Shown one piece after another: positions 61,099-64,000 of a stretch of DNA of 64,000 bases. The translations under genes and the position numbers were made by a program. Source of the DNA: Calcarisporiella thermophila CBS 279.70. Lineage: Eukaryota > Fungi > Calcarisporiellomycota. Where the stretch lies: the NCBI RefSeq assembly GCF_041956535.1, contig NW_027192215.1, positions 124,001-188,000 on the forward strand. The letters run 5' to 3'. Under the pieces are notes generated by a model. That model ran no database searches, was not told the origin of the DNA, and worked only from the letters and a program-made list of their open reading frames with translations. The first letter of the stretch is position 1; the number at the start of each line of letters is the position of its first letter.

Positions 61099-62065
61099 TC
61101 ACTCAATCTTCTTTTGAGTTGCGTTAAGATTGCGAACATAAGGAAGAAAGCCAAAATATGCAATGGTTGGTTCACTTCTTAAAACGCTAGAACGAGTGAA
61201 AGTGAAAATTGTGCAAAAGAGATACATAGCAAAAGATGACAGCACATGCCTAGCGTCAATAAGCAAAAGCTCTAAATATTACTGACTTAATTTAAAAAAA
61301 AACACTTTTTTAATCTTACCACCAGGCATGCAGCTGGGGGTATGGGATATTCAAGCTAAAAAGATTAAAGCCTTGTCGTAATCGATGGCACAGATGAACA
61401 TCGAATAACCAAAAAGCATATGCAATAGCAAAAGCTAATTGAGCAACCGGTGATAACAGCCATGCTCTTTGCTTGGTCCAGTTGCGCCAGGAATAATATA
61501 GGATATACAGATAGCAAATAAAAGCAAGTGATATGAAAGACGCCTGGAAAATAACAAATTCCAAAAGTTGCCACTGGCTTTCTTTGTGATTGCCTGATAC
61601 AAACATTGCCGTTGTAATAACTGAGCCATATCCCACAAGTAATAAGGGAAACCACGGTCCAAACCGTGTACATTTGGTGTTTTCCATCTCCACTGCGCAA
61701 TAGAACATTGTGAGGATCATGAATATCATGGATGATTCATCCATCATCTGACCAGGAAAAAGAAGTGTCCCATGAAATGCGGTAGAACCTAGACCCACAA
61801 TAAATAGCGTACAAAAGAGCAGCCGGACTCGCCTCTCATGTTCGTAGTGGAGAAAGAGTCCAATTAATCCGATAATTGAGATAAACAAAGATGATAAAGT
61901 ATTAAAATATTCGGCTATATAGTTGGAGACTTGGTAGTTTTTCTCACACCAGTCTAAAAAGGTTGGTGAGAATAACTATATTAACTGTTCAAAAACTAAC
62001 TTACCAACGGTACTAGTGCTAGGAGACCAGAAGCCAATAGAATTATCATTTCCAATATCAATCAT
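61099..62065 (-). CDS. Alkaline ceramidase (CREST superfamily; Ypc1/Ydc1/ACER3-like); 3 exons
   Basis: GFWSPSTSTV|DWCEKNY...IAEYFNTLSS, VGLGSTAFHGTL, QMMDE and QLHAWW|HVLS (Zn-binding His residues), with about 7 TM helices. Confidence 0.95.
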
Positions 62066-63494
62066 GTTACAAAAGAAAAATAGGGGTATATAGTAACGTA
62101 TAATGATGAATTAGAATGGAGAAAGGAATAAAATACTAGAAGAAATTATCAATGTGATTTTTTAACCTAATGGCACTTAAGATTTGCGTGTGGGGTATCG
62201 TGAGAGCAGAAATATGGAATCCCAAACTATGGAATCTTAATGAGAAAATTAGTACAATAGATAAAGAATTGTATTAGAGCAACTGATACAGGGTTGTAGC
62301 AACTAGTGCAAAATATTAGGTCTATTCAATAGGAATTATTAATATAACGAATCGTCACTATTCATTGACATGAGTTCTTCAAAGATAGTTCATCTGCAAT
62401 ACTAATGATTAATATGGAAAGTAGAGCATCAAGGAGGTGAATATTTAAGCGAGGTTTGTCGAATCAAAAAAGGCTGGATAGTGTAAAATACTGATCTATG
62501 GACAAATTTTAATTGTGATTTTTATGTGTTCCAATACCAAATACATTTTTCAGCGGCCATTTCTCAAGACGTATTAAATAATTTACAAAAATACTATTAG
62601 CCGGTTAAGGTCGTCTTGGTACGTGCATCTTACATAGAATTTTCGAAATCGATCCACTACCCCAAAGATTCATTCAACCAAGACGTCACATTTACCTTGG
62701 ATTTTTGATTTCTAGCTGCTAATTAAAATTAGCTCGAATTGATGGTTCTTTTCTGCTGGACGTCCCTAAGAATGCATTTAATAGAGGCTCCGTATCAATA
62801 CACAACGCATCGTGGATAGCATGTGCTCTAATCTCTTCAGCGCAAGTGCTGGCGAATTTCTGAGCAAATATTTACCGAGATAAGGCATTTAGTTCTTTAT
62901 TCTGTGTGAATGCACTTAAGTTTCTACATCGCACTAGCCAATCAATTAATAAGATCCCTTTAAGGGCGGCGGTCTGATTCACCATGGAAATCGCCCAAAT
63001 AGCCCGAGCCAATTGAATAATTCAAACTTTTAGACCCTCTCTTCAGCCTTTCTCTTTTCACAAAGATATTTCAGACTGCCTGAGCGAAGTGGAAAAGCAA
63101 CAAATAAAAAAACACGATTATTTGCAACGCGCCTGATAGCGCGTTTTTAATACTGATCGCGAATCGGTCAGTTAATTTTACAATAGAATTTGCTTTTCGC
63201 CCAGTTTGACATCAAATAACGACATGGGCGCACGGTCCTTTTTCCAGTCTCTTTGTTAAATATATAATAGGCGTTTAATTTGGAGCGCGATGGTCACAAT
63301 CTCCTTACTTTTTTCCTTGCTCACTAACCCCTCATTTCCTACGTGCCCATATACCCGTTTGAGCTGCGGGGTTTGGGACGTGCTATTCCGCTCATTTTCT
63401 TGCTTTCATCTTCATACAATTTCGTGGATGTTCATACTATTCATTTGTTAAGAAAGTCAGTTAATCTTCCTCTCCTGCTTCAATTCATTCATTC

Positions 63495-64000
63495 ATGTAC
63501 GGTGCTGCGCAATTCGAACTACTAGATTGGGAGCATGCCCTTGATCCTCTTGACACCTCTTTTGGTACGGCATTCCACCAATCTCTCGACACATTTCCGA
63601 ACGATTTCGGAGACTTGGCAGATTCCGGGGACGGGATCCTTGGTTCATATGCAAAAGGGGATGCTACATCTCTTCTCCGGCAATCTGATCCTTTGACGGG
63701 ATATGGAAACTGGCCGAATATCGCGGATCCCCTTGTCAGCAAAGGGGGTCTCGCCATGCCGCTAGCCCTCGCTACTGCGGAACTGGCTGGGAAGGAAGAT
63801 AAAAAGATAGGTGGTGACCAGCCGCATCTAAGCTATGAGTCCTCCTCTCAGTGGTTGTCCGGTGATACGGATCCGTCATTCGCATACTCGAACAAACAGA
63901 ACGTATCAAAATGGGGAAATCAGACTAATAAGGGATCTGACTGCACTCCATCCAGTCCCCAGAATTCAACTGCGGATCCTGTTCAGACAAATTCAAGATC
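63495..64000 (+). CDS. 5' part of a gene running off the window; acidic/disordered N-terminus, possibly a transcription factor
   Basis: Frame open from ATG 63495 (MYGAAQFELLDWEHALDPLDTSFG...) to the window end, so it is absent from the ORF track. TATA-like TATATAA at about 63261 and CCAAT boxes further upstream. Confidence 0.65.
   Translation, partial: MYGAAQFELLDWEHALDPLDTSFGTAFHQSLDTFPNDFGDLADSGDGILGSYAKGDATSLLRQSDPLTGYGNWPNIADPLVSKGGLAMPLALATAELAGKEDKKIGGDQPHLSYESSSQWLSGDTDPSFAYSNKQNVSKWGNQTNKGSDCTPSSPQNSTADPVQTNSR

Noticed and set aside
1-64000. tRNA/rRNA genes, CRISPR arrays, intact transposons, U12-type introns
   Set aside because: By eye I saw no cloverleaf with a T-loop consensus, no spaced direct-repeat array, no transposase/RT ORF and no RTATCCTT donor. 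A covariance-model search could still find small ncRNAs.

Overview
Gene-dense, intron-rich eukaryotic DNA with introns of about 60-120 nt. Gene content and architecture suggest a fungus, probably early-diverging and Mucoromycota-like (inference). About 27 protein-coding genes could be reconstructed by hand across splice sites. Recognisable genes are MOT1, an MCT-type MFS transporter, a catalytically dead SOD-fold mitoribosomal protein, RPL24 (with an apparent 1-nt frameshift), RPR2, MDE1, a Pho80/Pcl-type cyclin, a C2H2 transcription factor, separase ESP1, BIO2, a TMEM70/186-like protein, JIP5/WDR55, an ankyrin protein, TMEM164, a LUFS/polyQ regulator, DPL1, FMP27/BLTP2, ETR1 and an alkaline ceramidase; several orphans are also present. 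There is a 528-N assembly gap at 17038-17565. The most accessory-looking part is 9.2-13.9 kb, which holds three small intronless orphan genes (two Cys-rich) and a 69-bp near-perfect palindrome. Other points of note are three GC-AG introns, a strongly GC-rich island around the divergent cyclin/C2H2 pair, and a run of lipid/sphingolipid genes at 39-62 kb. I found no tRNA, rRNA, CRISPR array or intact transposon, and no demonstrably novel multi-gene system; the candidates are listed as hypotheses. Exon boundaries were read by eye and are not transcript-verified.
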